Shown in pieces: positions 1-11,292 of a stretch of DNA of 64,000 nt; position 1 is the first letter of the stretch; every line of letters begins with the position of its first letter. The notes beneath the pieces were generated by a model. The model was not told where the DNA came from, searched no databases, and worked only from the letters and a program-made list of their open reading frames with translations. A program made the translations under genes and the position numbers. The DNA is from Octopus sinensis (lineage: Eukaryota), in the NCBI RefSeq assembly GCF_006345805.1, contig NC_042997.1, positions 61,752,001 to 61,816,000 on the forward strand, in the 5' to 3' direction.

Positions 1-401
1 CAAGATAAACAGCACATGACCTTGCAGGTGGGGCCCAGTTAGAATTTTCTTCAGGTCGAGTAACTCATCCCGCTCAAAAGGTCCCTGAATAAGGGTTGTT
101 TAAGGATGTTGAATGAAACACCCATGTTTCCAGAGGTGAATTACTCAAACCCCCCAAAGAATCCCTCTCAATACATGACTATGATGATCCCCCACTTAGT
201 CTGCTCGGGATCAGAGATGCACATATCGTCAGCCACTAAGTGACATGCTCAACTGGTTACGGTCAAACAACTGACAAGCAAATCTGTGGTATTGAGCGGA
301 ATATTTGCTGTAGCCCATCTTTTATACCAAGACAAAACAATGTACATGATGTCACTTCCAATCAGTTAAGATCAGAAGCCATGAGAGTCACTGCCTGGTA
401 C
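1..401 (-). repeat. Interspersed repeat abutting a (TTA)n tract (TAA-associated, possibly Dong-related non-autonomous element or UTR)
   Basis: Pieces recur at about 5630-5700 (aaagaatccctctcaacacatg) and 11215-11262 (atatttgctgtagcccat). The block abuts (TTA/TTG/TCG)n at 402-530. Confidence 0.55.
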
Positions 402-469
<68 letters not shown>

Positions 470-530
470 GTTGTTGTTGTTGTTGTTGTTGTTGTCGTCG
501 TCGTCGTCATTATTATTATTATTATTATTG
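402..530. repeat. (TTA)n/(TTG)n/(TCG)n compound microsatellite
   Basis: Direct reading; accounts for the poly-Leu ORF 240..557. Confidence 0.95.
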
Positions 531-564
531 AGATCGGACATTGATATGTCCGATTAGTATACGT

Positions 565-1326
565 GAGGGGATGTCATCGCTCCCATCTCTAGCCTTACGT
601 GATACATACAGACACAAGATTCTGGGGGGTTAGCCGTCCTCAGCGTGTGTTAATCACCTCTTGCCAATGATGGAAGCTCATTCCCCTCGCAAATTACTAT
701 ATATTTTTCATGCGACTCACTGTCGCTGATCTCGAAGAAGAGAGCGAATTTGCGAGTGGAATGAGCTTCCATCACTATCTGGTGATCGAGAAACCACCCA
801 GAAACTCGAGTCTGTATGTATCTCGTAAGGCTAGAGATGGGAGCGATGACTTTCCCTCCCAAATACCAATCGGACACGGAAGGCGGGTCCTTAACCAGCT
901 GGATGAGATGTATTCCTAGAGCTATAAACATCAGTAGCACTGTCCTGTATATGACATCACACTTAGTTGGCAAATATCTGTTACGGTTCCGTACTGCTAT
1001 TGCTTATATTTCGCTCTAAGATTTAATACAACATTCTCTCTCTTCCACGAGATTGGTGACAGTGAGGCGCTAGAAAAAGATATAATTTGCGAGTGGAATT
1101 AACACACGTGGACGACGGGTAACCACCCAGAAACTAGAGTCCGTGTGTATCACCTAAAGCTAGAGATAGGAGCGATGACCTCCCCTCGAAAATACTAATT
1201 GAACACAGAATATGTGTCGTGAGCCAGCTGGAGGAGATGTGTTCCTCCAGTAGCGCTGTCCTGTATAGGACGCCACACTAAATATGTTACGGTTCCATAC
1301 TGCTATTGTTTATATCTCGCTCAGAA
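565..1326. repeat. Diverged direct dimer (offset 329 bp) plus an inverted partial copy
   Basis: aaccacccagaaact..gctagagat..gagcgatgac occurs at 792 and 1121; its reverse complement is at 565-631. Confidence 0.8.
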
Positions 1327-1500
1327 ATATAAACTGAGAATGTGTGTCTGTCTGTCTGTATGTGTGCATCGTTAACACTCGAGAACTACCCAACCGATTT
1401 CATTCAAATTTTGCACATCCTTACCTAAGGTCGATGCAATGTCATAGGCCAAAAACATTTTCAACTTCTTGCCTAATGCAAGCCCGGAGCAATCTCTTAT
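1326..1500 (+). mobile_element. Non-autonomous Helitron-like (Lep1/HINE-type) fragment
   Basis: aatataaactgagaatgtgtg(tctg)n...aaccgatttcattcaaattttgcaca resembles the 5' layout of such elements. No clear 3' hairpin/CTAG seen. Confidence 0.4.
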
Positions 1501-1504
1501 CTTT

Positions 1505-1826
1505 TACACTATTTCAGCATGATAATGCACCAATTCACACAGCTAAAGTTGTTAATGATTGGCACAAGGAACATTCTAGTGGCGTTGAACATCTTATCTG
1601 GCCACCACAGATCCCAGATTCCAATATTATTGAACATTTATGGTGCATTAAAAAAAAAATAAGTAAGGAGTCGATATCCTCCACCATCATCACTACAAGA
1701 ACTGGAGAATGTTTTAGCTGAAGAATGAACAAATATTCCTTTGGAAACAATTCAAACTTTGTACGAGGCCATACTACGTAGAATTCAAGCTGTAATTATT
1801 GCCAAAGGCAGTCTTACCCCATATTG
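1505..1826 (+). pseudogene. Tc1-family DDE transposase C-terminal relic
   Basis: FQHDNAPIHTAK...WPPQIPDSNIIEHLW...ETIQTLYEAILRRIQAVIIAKGSLTPY, split by a frameshift and a stop. Confidence 0.85.
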
Positions 1827-1854
1827 CCCAACCCCTATATATATGGATATATAC

Positions 1855-1914
<60 letters not shown>

Positions 1915-2196
1915 GTCTCAGGCCGACCAAAGCCTTGTGAGTGAATTTCGTTCACGGAAGCTAAATGAAGACTGTCGTATACATGTGTATATTTGTGTGT
2001 CTTTGTTTGTACCCCCACCATTGCTTGACAACCGATGATGCTGTGTTTACGTTCCCATAACTTAGGGGTTCAGCAAAAGATACTGATAGAATGAGTACTA
2101 AGCTTACAAAGAATAAATCCTGTTGTCCATTTGTTCGATTAACGGCATGCTCCAGCCTGGCCAAAGTCACATGACTGAAACAAGTAAAACAAAAAA
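1915..2196 (+). mobile_element. SINE family A, 3' part
   Basis: ggccgaccaaagccttgtgagtg...atgactgaaacaagtaaaa, shared with many copies in the window. Confidence 0.85.
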
Positions 2197-2239
2197 CTAT
2201 GCCATTTTAATCCCGAGCAAGGCCATATTATATCTACTT

Positions 2240-2323
2240 GTAAATACACACACACACACACACATACATACATACATATATATATATATGTGTGTATATA
2301 TATATATATATATGTGTGTATAT

Positions 2324-2399
<76 letters not shown>

Positions 2400-2600
2400 C
2401 ATACATATATACACACATACATATATATAGAAAGATAGATAGATAGATAGATTGATAGATAGATAAACAGAAACGAACATTTTATATACATATTTATACA
2501 TAAGTACATATATGTATATACATACGTTTTGTGCTTGCGCGCGCGCATATGTGTGCATGCATGCGTACGTGCGTATGCGTGCATGTGCGTACGTGAGCGC
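2240..2600. repeat. (CA)n/(TA)n/(GATA)n microsatellite block
   Basis: Direct reading. Confidence 0.95.
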
Positions 2601-3316
2601 GTGAGTTGACCTTGAGCAATCCCGAGTCATCTGATTGTTTCTATTAAGCGGAAAACAAAAAATGAGTCACAGTTTTGAGGCCTATTTTTTATCATTCTGA
2701 TTTTAGAAATTAAAGCGGAGATTAGGTAACAGAATCTCTCTAATATCACTTGTTAATAATCTTTTTTCACGTAAAATCAGTCCCTGAACTTGTACTTCCG
2801 TTAGCAGAGGAAGAAGTATATTTATTTATTTATTTTAACCACATTAATATATCTTAATTCCTGTTCTAGTGCAATCTGAAGTCAGTAAACAAGACTGTAT
2901 TTTATTCCAGCCGGACACAGATGATGTCATGAATCTTTTTAACACTTGTTTGTTTGTTCGTTTTTTTTTTCATATCTTCATTTGTTTACAGTTATTCTTG
3001 TAGATGTTTAATCCTGCAAAAATACATACCCTAATGATTAGGAGTGGTCGGCTCATGATCATGAGATTGTGGATTCAATTCCTGGACTGGGAAGCGGCAC
3101 GTTCTATCATTGAGCAAGACGCTTTATTTTACTGTTTACATAAGAAACGAGATTAAGCTTATACACGGTATACAAAATATGTGAATACGTGGATGATACA
3201 GTCTCCTTAGTACAGAAGAGCTTCCACCCAGAGCCAGTCAAAGAACTCCACAGATCCAAATACATTGTGTCTCTGAGCAAGTCACTTCATTTTACATTGC
3301 TGTTGTACCAGCTGTA

Positions 3317-3532
3317 CGAGGAGGTGCTAAAAAATTCTTGACTTCGGGTAAAAGACAATACAGGTGGATCGGTTAATTATGATTATATTCAACATATTCT
3401 CCCCTCAAATCCACACCCTTATTGCAGCGATCCTTCAGTTTTTCTAAGCCCAGTAAATGAACTTGGAAGGTTGGGCCTCCAGCCGGACTTTCTGCGATAC
3501 CCTTAAAGCCAGAAAATTTTAGCACCCCTTCG
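3317..3532. mobile_element. mariner-type MITE (~216 bp)
   Basis: TA-cgaggaggtgctaaaaaattcttgactt ... aagccagaaaattttagcaccccttcg inverted termini. A second copy in opposite orientation lies at 8921-9126. Confidence 0.8.
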
Positions 3533-3819
3533 TGGGCGCCAGCTAGTCTATGGTGAAATCCTTTCTACCACCAATTGTGACGTCCACGAACTTCTACTGG
3601 AACAAAGTGTGTGACTCGTGAAGGTTTCTAAGTCCTCTCACAACCTTATAAGCACCTGAAATAATTTGTGAATGCGTGATATGTATCATATAGTTATACT
3701 TGCTCATGACTGATGAATGGCTGTAGTGTGCTTTTTATTTGTAACCCAGATTAACATTGATACTGCAGATTTTGAGATATATAAATGTACGCATACTTAC
3801 ATATACATAGAAACATCCA

Positions 3820-4360
3820 TATAATATGCCCAATCCATAAAGGAGGAAGTAGAGCAGATGCTAAAATCTATAGGCCTATCTCTCTGACCTCGCAAATCAA
3901 CAAAGTCATGGAACGAATAGTCCGAAGGAAATTAATTGCATTCCTTGAAGAGAATAACATGCCGACTGACACCCAACATGGTTTCCGACCAGGTAGAAAC
4001 TGCCTGATACAGCTCTTGCAGCATTACGACTGGGTAATGTGGACGTGATATACTTCGACTTCGCAAAAGTCTTTGACAAAGTCGGCCATGGTATTATTTG
4101 TCACAAGCTGCAAAATCTTGGCGTAGTTGGAAAACTTGGAGAATGGCTACATGACTTTCTAAAAGATAGAAGTCAGGTAGTGGTGGTCAATGGGGACACC
4201 TTCAAGAAAACATAAATAATGAGTGGTGTTGCACGGGACACTGTCTTGGGGTTGCAGCTATTCATAGTGACCCTTTCTGACATGCCGTCAGTTGCTCAAG
4301 TAGCCACCCTTGCTAGCTATGCAGACGACACAAAAGTCTCTCAGAGGATACAGAACCCGG
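3820..4360 (+). pseudogene. CR1/L2-clade LINE reverse transcriptase fragment
   Basis: PIHKGGSRADAKIYRPISLTS..QHGFRPGR..YFDFAKVFDKV..SYADDTK. Confidence 0.9.
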
Positions 4361-4732
4361 GCTAATACAAACGAGCCTGACAGATATAAATACAAATGAG
4401 CCTGATAGATATAAAAGACAAACTGGCATCTCTTAACAGATCGCTGATGTTTGTTGTCCACTCACATTTAGGTGAACCTAGCTGAAGAATACTAATTAGA
4501 TTTACGATAACAAGCGTATCCTAGAAAGTCTGAAATTCGCGAACTAGGCTATCCATTCTAGATTGTCCATTTCTCCGGCGTTATTCCTTGAGGTAAGACG
4601 AATTTTTTATGTTCGCCGGCCGCACACATCTTTGCCACTATACATTCAGTGAAGCTTTACATAGTGACGTACGGATATCAACTGCTATTTCCAGCAAACA
4701 TTGGTACCTTGCTGTGTCACTATTTCCTACTC

Positions 4733-5148
4733 TTTACTCTTTTACTTGTTTCAGACATTTGACTGCGGCCATGCTGGAGCACCGCCTTTAGACGAGCAAA
4801 TCGACCCCAGGACTTATTCTTTGTAAGAATAGTACTTATTCTATGGGTCTCTTTTGGTCAAATTTTACACTATTGGGTAACACCATCGGCTGTCAAGCGA
4901 TGGTGGGAGACAAACACAGACACACAAACATACACACGCATACATACATACATACATACATAATACATACATACATACATACATACATACATACATACAC
5001 GACGCACTTCCTTCAGTTTCCGTCTACCAAATCCACTCACAAGGCTTTGGTTGACACAAGGGTATAGTAGAAGACATCTGCCCAAGGTGTCACGCAGTGG
5101 GAATGAACCCGGTAAGCAAGCTACTTACCACACAGCCACAACTGCGCC
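4733..5148 (-). mobile_element. SINE family A, near full length (tRNA-like head, internal microsatellite)
   Basis: The minus strand starts ggcgcagttgtggctgtgtggtaagtagcttgc (A-box-like) with a B-box-like ggttcattccc, and ends gaaacaagtaaaagagtaaa. Other copies or parts lie at about 5729-6099, 7010-7160, 17745-18050, 23040-23445, 31530-31680, 39570-40105, 40640-40797, 41394-41490, 44520-44735, 46325-46480, 59885-60280 and 61245-61816. Confidence 0.9.
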
Positions 5149-5207
5149 TATATATAATTCTATCTTTACGGGTGCTTTATTTCGTTGGAAAATAATATTA
5201 TTGTATT

Positions 5208-5246
<39 letters not shown>

Positions 5247-5247
5247 T

Positions 5248-5456
5248 AAAACAATTACAATGTGGGAGATGTTTATAAGCCATTTAACAACACCCAAAAA
5301 ACCGTTAGATTCACTTCAAAATTTTTATTTAATCTGCCAAAATATTTTCGTCGCTTTGAGACCGCAACCTGATCGAAATTTAAATTTTGAAGTGAATTTA
5401 ACGATTTTTGTGTGTTTTAAATGGCTTATGAAGACCTTCCACGCTGCAATTGTTTT
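5248..5456. repeat. Imperfect foldback (~75-bp arms) next to (TAA)n
   Basis: ataagccatttaacaacacccaaaaaaccgttagattcacttcaaaattt is the reverse complement of aaattttgaagtgaatttaacgatttttgtgtgttttaaatggcttat. Confidence 0.8.
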
Positions 5457-6241
5457 CGTTCCAGCATACGATCTCAAGTTGCATGGAGCGGGGCGAATGA
5501 AAATGTTTTAGATAATACTGTATAACATGATTTTTGTCTTTGGATAGCAACTGTTATTTCTCATTTGCTTAGCCTTACAAAGTATGAAAAATGGTTAATA
5601 TTTCCTTAAAACTTTACTTTTGTCACATTTATTCAAACCCCAAATCCCAAAGAATCCCTCTCAACACATGGTTATGATGCTCCCTCACTACTCCTGCACA
5701 TGAAGAACTACTTCCAAACTTCCAAAGAACTTGCTTCCAAACTACATGGTTCCGAGTTCAGTCCCTCTGCGTGACACCTTCGGCAAGTGTCTTCTGCTAT
5801 AGTCTCGGCCGACCAAAGCCTTGTGAGTGGATTTGGTAGACGGAAACTGAAAGAAGCCCGTCGTGTATGTGTGTGTGTGCGTGTATGTATATGTATATGT
5901 TTATGTGTCTAGTGTTTGTTTCTCCACAATCGCTTGACAACCGATGTTGGTGTGTTTACTTATTGGTTCGACAAAAGAGACCCATAGAATAAGTACTAGG
6001 CTTACAAAGATTAAGTCCGAGCGTCACTTTGTTCGAAAAAAGGCGGTGCTCCAGCATGGCCGCAGTCAAATGACTGAAACGAGCAAAAGAATAAAAGAAT
6101 GTGTGTGTGTGTGTGTGCTAGACATACTTTTTATTTGGTTTGCAAGACTCTTAATGTGAATTTGTGTGTTCAAAAATATCATGATCTTACGCCAATCATA
6201 GTAAACACACGCACTGGATCAATATCACTTCTTTTCTGTTA

Positions 6242-6514
6242 AATATCTAAAGAATTAACTAATCGATCGTTTATTTAATGTGTAGGTTAAATAATTAATA
6301 TGTTGTTTCTCAAAGTCGTTTCGTCGCTATTCGTAACCTCATCAATGTTATGCCTCCTCCTCCCTTTAACATCTGTCTTGAGTCTGTCTGAGAATTATTC
6401 TTTCCTTGAAGAGAGGAGGCATGTCATTCATGAAGTTACAAGTAGCGATGAAAGGATTTTGAGAAACAAACAACACATTAAAAAAAACATCGATTAATTA
6501 GTTGATTAGATATT
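6242..6514. mobile_element. Foldback MITE-like element
   Basis: Arms aatatctaa...ttgtttctcaaagtcgtttcgtcgcta...atgcctcctc pair with gaggaggcat...tagcgatgaaaggattttgagaaacaa...ttagatatt. Confidence 0.75.
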
Positions 6515-6599
6515 CAACCAACCGACGAACAATAAAGAGGTGATATTGAGCCAGTTCGTGTGTTTACTATTGTTGGCATAATGACCCTCCCAAGACACA

Positions 6600-6807
6600 A
6601 AGGTGGGTGTATAAAGATGGCAAAATTGTTAGCACACCGGGCAAAATGCTCAACAGCATTTCGTCCATCTCTACGTAGAGTTCAAATTCTGCTGAGCCCG
6701 ACTTTGCCTTTCATCCTTCAGGGTCAATGAAATAAGTGTTTGTTGAGCACTGAGGTGATGTAATCGACCCTCTCCTAAAATGTCAGGCCTAGTGCCTATA
6801 GTAGAAA
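6600..6807 (+). mobile_element. SINE family B (tRNA-like head, central ctttgcctttcatccttt..ggtcgat..aagtac block)
   Basis: The same block occurs at about 10865-11090, 12381-12579, 21522-21905, 22375-22925, 42650-42920, 45520-46000, 49625-49835, 61030-61220, 61577-62175 and 63195-63530. Confidence 0.85.
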
Positions 6808-6972
6808 TGATGCATACATACACACACATATATATATATATATTATATATATATATATATATATACATATATACATATATTCATTTACACAATGACTTGG
6901 GGAAAATTTAGCAGTTGAAAATTGCAAACGAAACCCGTCCGCACCCTCTGTGTATGTGTGTGTCTGTGTGAG

Positions 6973-7004
<32 letters not shown>

Positions 7005-7480
7005 GCGTACGACGGACTTCTTCCAGTTTCCGTCTATCAAATCCACTAATAAGGCTTTAGTGGCTCTGAGGCTGTAGTAGAAGACACTTGCCAAAGGGGA
7101 CATTCTTCCCAAGCATATGGTTTGGAAGCAAACTTCTTACCACACAGCGACGTCTGCGCCTGTATGTATGTTATGTGTGTGTATATATATATTTGTATTT
7201 ATGCATATATGTATGAATACATATACATGTATGTCTGTGTGTATATGCATGAGTGTGAACATACGTGTATTGACGTTGAGAAATGACGAGTAGTGTGCTT
7301 GTTACTAATAGTTGGAGGAAAAGCATAAGATGAGTCATATTGCTTATACTTGCGTGTGCTTGCCATCATCTTATTTTGATTTCGTAAACTGAAGTGAAGT
7401 TTATTGAATTAAGTCTTTCTGATTTAATTGGTTAATTCTTCTCTGCGTAAACGCAGCCGCAGCACCTGCATTTTGCTTAA

Positions 7481-7663
7481 CCCTTTTGATACCAACCCGC
7501 CTGAGATTGCCCCTAGTTTTACGATACAAATTCCGTTTTAAACTGGTCTAAATGAAAACCTTCTGTTGAACTTATCAGCTTAATAACAGTTAAATTATCT
7601 TAATAAGTCTTCATTCTTCTTAAAGTTAATTGAATTACAGACAGCGTAATTCAACTAAAAGAG
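7481..7663. mobile_element. piggyBac-like MITE bounded by TTAA
   Basis: TTAA-cccttttgatacc ... aaaagag-TTAA. Related copies at 53966-54187 (ends ggtatcaaaaggg-TTAA) and about 32345-32562. Confidence 0.65.
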
Positions 7664-8920
7664 TTAACAGAGGAAAATGATTTTCTTTTTTTGTTTTTAA
7701 ACACATCAATGTATGTTTTAATTTTTGCTTTAGTATAATCTGAAACGAGGAAACATGGTTTACATTATTGAAGCCAAATACACATATGATATCATACATC
7801 AGTTTTATCGTTCCATTTTTTGATGTCTTTATGTGTTTACTGTTAGTCTTATCGGTATAATTGCTGTTAAACCCTGTACAGCCCTGATGCTGTAAAGCAA
7901 TGCTTCTCAATCATTTTTTTTTGTCTATGAACCTTTTTGATTACTATTTTACTCTACTGGATCTGCATAGCCATTTACTGTTGAAAAATAAATGTTACTG
8001 TATTTTTATAATTGAATATTATAAGGAATTGTATAAAAACAATTTAAACATTTTGTGTATTGTAGAAGAATACGCAATTTATTGCACATCAATTTTAACA
8101 AGATCTTATATGGATTCCCAAGGGCCATATGGACCCCGGTGGAGAACCCCAACTGTAGGGCTATGTTTAAAAGCTTTAGCCATGACGACACCATTTTTTT
8201 AAATAATGTTATCCAGTGCGTCTCAATAAATAAGAAACAATTTTGCTGTTATTTCTAACGAGTCGATTGATTACATGAAGTCGTTGATGGCGTCGCTAGA
8301 ATGTGCTGCTCGGGGTAGCCTTTGAGTTTTCCACACACACCTGCCCCCCCCCCACTTAATAGGCTTACTGTATTTTCTGGCATACAAGTCCAATTTTTCG
8401 AACCATAATTTACAACCAAAGAAGGTACGTCGGCTTATACATGAAGACGACTTTAGTGGGTCAAAACTTCCATGTGAAATGCACCAGGATTTGGAAAAAC
8501 AGTGACGATGTTTGATTGTTTACAGGACATCTTTACACTATATACTGCATCGACTTGCAGCAAAACTATCGCCCCATAAAAGTGTCGCCCCCATTACCCT
8601 CATCCTAGCTACGCTACTGGGAATCTCCTTAGCTGGCTCGTTATTTTTTGTTTCTAATAATTGGCTAATGTTCGAGTTGAGAAACTTGATTTGAAACCGA
8701 ATATTCCTTTACCAAATCTCAGCAGCACCTATCTAACTAATCCAAACTAATCTATCTGTTTTCTGTATCACTTAGATTCCTGCGTTTTGTGCTTATTTCT
8801 GGTTTCTGTGGCCTTTTGCGAATTAGGTATAAACTTCTCTGAACAAGACGCTATTCTACGGCATTCTTTTCTCACGTTTCATAGGAAGGAAATCTTGACT
8901 TGATATTTCCATTCAGAATA

Positions 8921-9126
8921 CGAGAGAGCGCTGAAAAGTTCCTGGCTTGAAGGGTGTCGCGAAATGCCTGGCTGGAGGTCCAACATCCCGAGTTATTTTA
9001 CAGGACTTAGAACCGTTGCAATAAGTGTGTGAATCTGAGAGGGGAATACGTTCAATAAAATCATAATTAACTGATCCTCCTGTATTTTCTCTTACCCAAA
9101 GCCAGGAACTTTTCCGCATCCCCTCG
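8921..9126. mobile_element. mariner-type MITE with TA target-site duplication
   Basis: TA|cgagagagcgctgaaaagttcctggctt ... aagccaggaacttttccgcatcccctcg|TA. Confidence 0.85.
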
Positions 9127-9477
9127 TAATTTACTCATTAATTCTACAACGTTGCTATTGTGATCGAGCAGATCCTCCCATCGTTTTGAGACATGGCCTA
9201 TCTAGGATTACATACTCTAATGCATCCACCTGTTTTATTTTATGTTTTTTAGAAGGTGAGTGTAAGTAGTAGGATATATGGTTGCTATTTCTGGCATCGT
9301 AGAGACTAACTACTAGATGGCTCGGGTATAGCAGTGACAATATTATGTAACTGATGAATGTCACTTTGGTTTGCTGTGCTGACTTCAATTCCTCTCGTGA
9401 GTGCAACTTGAAGATGGATGGACACTGCATGAATAAATTTGCTGTATATAAATTACATGAAGATTTTCTCTCTGTAA

Positions 9478-9583
<106 letters not shown>

Positions 9584-9899
9584 GCATGCATGCTTACATA
9601 CACATACATACATATATACATACTAATCTCAGATGGAATTCTTGACATTAGTTTTCACTTGTTCGGTCAATTAAATTATGCAAGTATGTATATATGAATT
9701 AAATCGTTTATTTTATTTTATTGTTAATGGTGAAACTCGAAGCCTATGAAGCCACAAATAAAAGAACGTAGAATTTTGGTAAAAAAAAACAAATTAAATG
9801 TAAAAAAAAAGTGGTTAAAGGATGGTCGTGCGATTCGATCCCGGATGTTCTTTAGACATGACAGATATGTTACCATTATATCAAAGTAATGCTTTAACC

Positions 9900-10540
9900 T
9901 TCCGCTATCCATTTTAAAAGCTGTCTTCTTACCAGTGAGAGTTACATTTTGACTGTGTGATGTTTTGAGTCCTGATATGGTTCATTTTTTTTTTTTTTTG
10001 CTCATATCTATTGCTCTAATCATTACTTGTAGTGCTTTTACTTTCATATTTGACATCCAGTTTATTTCAATTTCAGTATCCTTATACTTGTATAGTTTCT
10101 TCAATTTCTTTCGTACAATTCTTTCTTCAAAGGAGATCACGATGTCTATCAGCATATATTTATTATCTTTCCAGCTGAATGTTTAAACTTGATCTTATCA
10201 TTTTAGTATATCCAAATGATTGTATCAAGGCCATTGTCATTTACGGTGATTGATTTGCGTCTGTACACTTTCTCGTCCAATTTTATATCGAAGCGTTGGC
10301 ATATTGTCTAGTTATCATAGAAACTGGCTAGATCGTGTCGTGTCTGAGTATAAACTCGGATTGTACAAGGCCTGGGCAATCGAAGACGATTTTGTTAACC
10401 GTTTCATTCAACTATCTGCATCGTCTAGATGTCCCAACTAGTTTTGTAGCTGTTTATACTATGCAGCGTTCTAGTGCAACTCGTATCAAACCATTTGTTT
10501 CTACTTTCAACCCAGATCTTCTGAGTCACTACTAGCTTTT
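9900..10540 (-). pseudogene. Old Dong/R4-type LINE 3' relic (zinc knuckle plus RLE region)
   Basis: Minus-strand reading LKVETNGLI..LNETVNKIVFDCPGLVQSEFILRHD..LIDIVISFEERIVRKKLKKLYKYKDTEIEI; heavily disrupted. Confidence 0.65.
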
Positions 10541-11292
10541 ATTTTCACCTATTACGGGCGTTTCATCTAGCTTTTACCAGCTGAAGCTTCAGGGAAAATT
10601 TTATTTTTAATGCAGGAACTCTAAACAGAGGTAGGAATATTGTTTCAAAAAAAAAAGAGAAGTTCTTTTTTTCTTTCGTTTATCCCAGATGAGCAAGAAT
10701 TAATGCAAATAATTAAAATCTTACCTCCAAATTTAGTTTTGCATTAACTATCGTGTTTGGTGGTGGTTGTGGTGGAAGGAGGGATATTAGTAATAGCATG
10801 GTACTGGAGTCGATCCCATCGACTTCCCCCTTCCCCCTAAAACTGCTTGTCTAGTGCTATAATTAGCAGCAATTAAGGGCGGCGAACTGGCAGAATCACT
10901 GGCGCATTGGACCATATGTTTAATAGCAATTTTTTTTTTTGGCTCTTTACCTTCTGAATCCAAATCCCGCTGAGGTCAACTTGACTTTGCACCGTCAGGG
11001 GCTCGATAAAACCAAGTACCAATCTGGAATTGATGTAATCGACTTGTCAACTTCCCTCAGTACTACTGGTATTGTGTCAAATATTAAATAGAATTATTAT
11101 TGTTGTTATTATTTAAAATAAAAACAATAGGACTCCACAATATATTATTAATTTTATGCTAAAAAGTAGATATTTTTCCATCAGTCTTCACTTTCTTCGC
11201 AAAATTCAAATAAGAATATTTTCTGTAGCCCATCTTTTATGCAAAATATTTGCTGTAGCCCATTATTATCATTATCATCATCATTATTATTA

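Noticed and set aside
240-557. Poly-Leu ORF resembling a signal or membrane peptide
   Set aside because: Translation of (TTA/TTG)n. The same applies to the many YI/CV/HT/poly-I/poly-R ORFs.
7897-8155. hAT-type MITE (caatgcttctcaa...ggagaacccc)
   Set aside because: Termini are too degraded and no 8-bp TSD was found.
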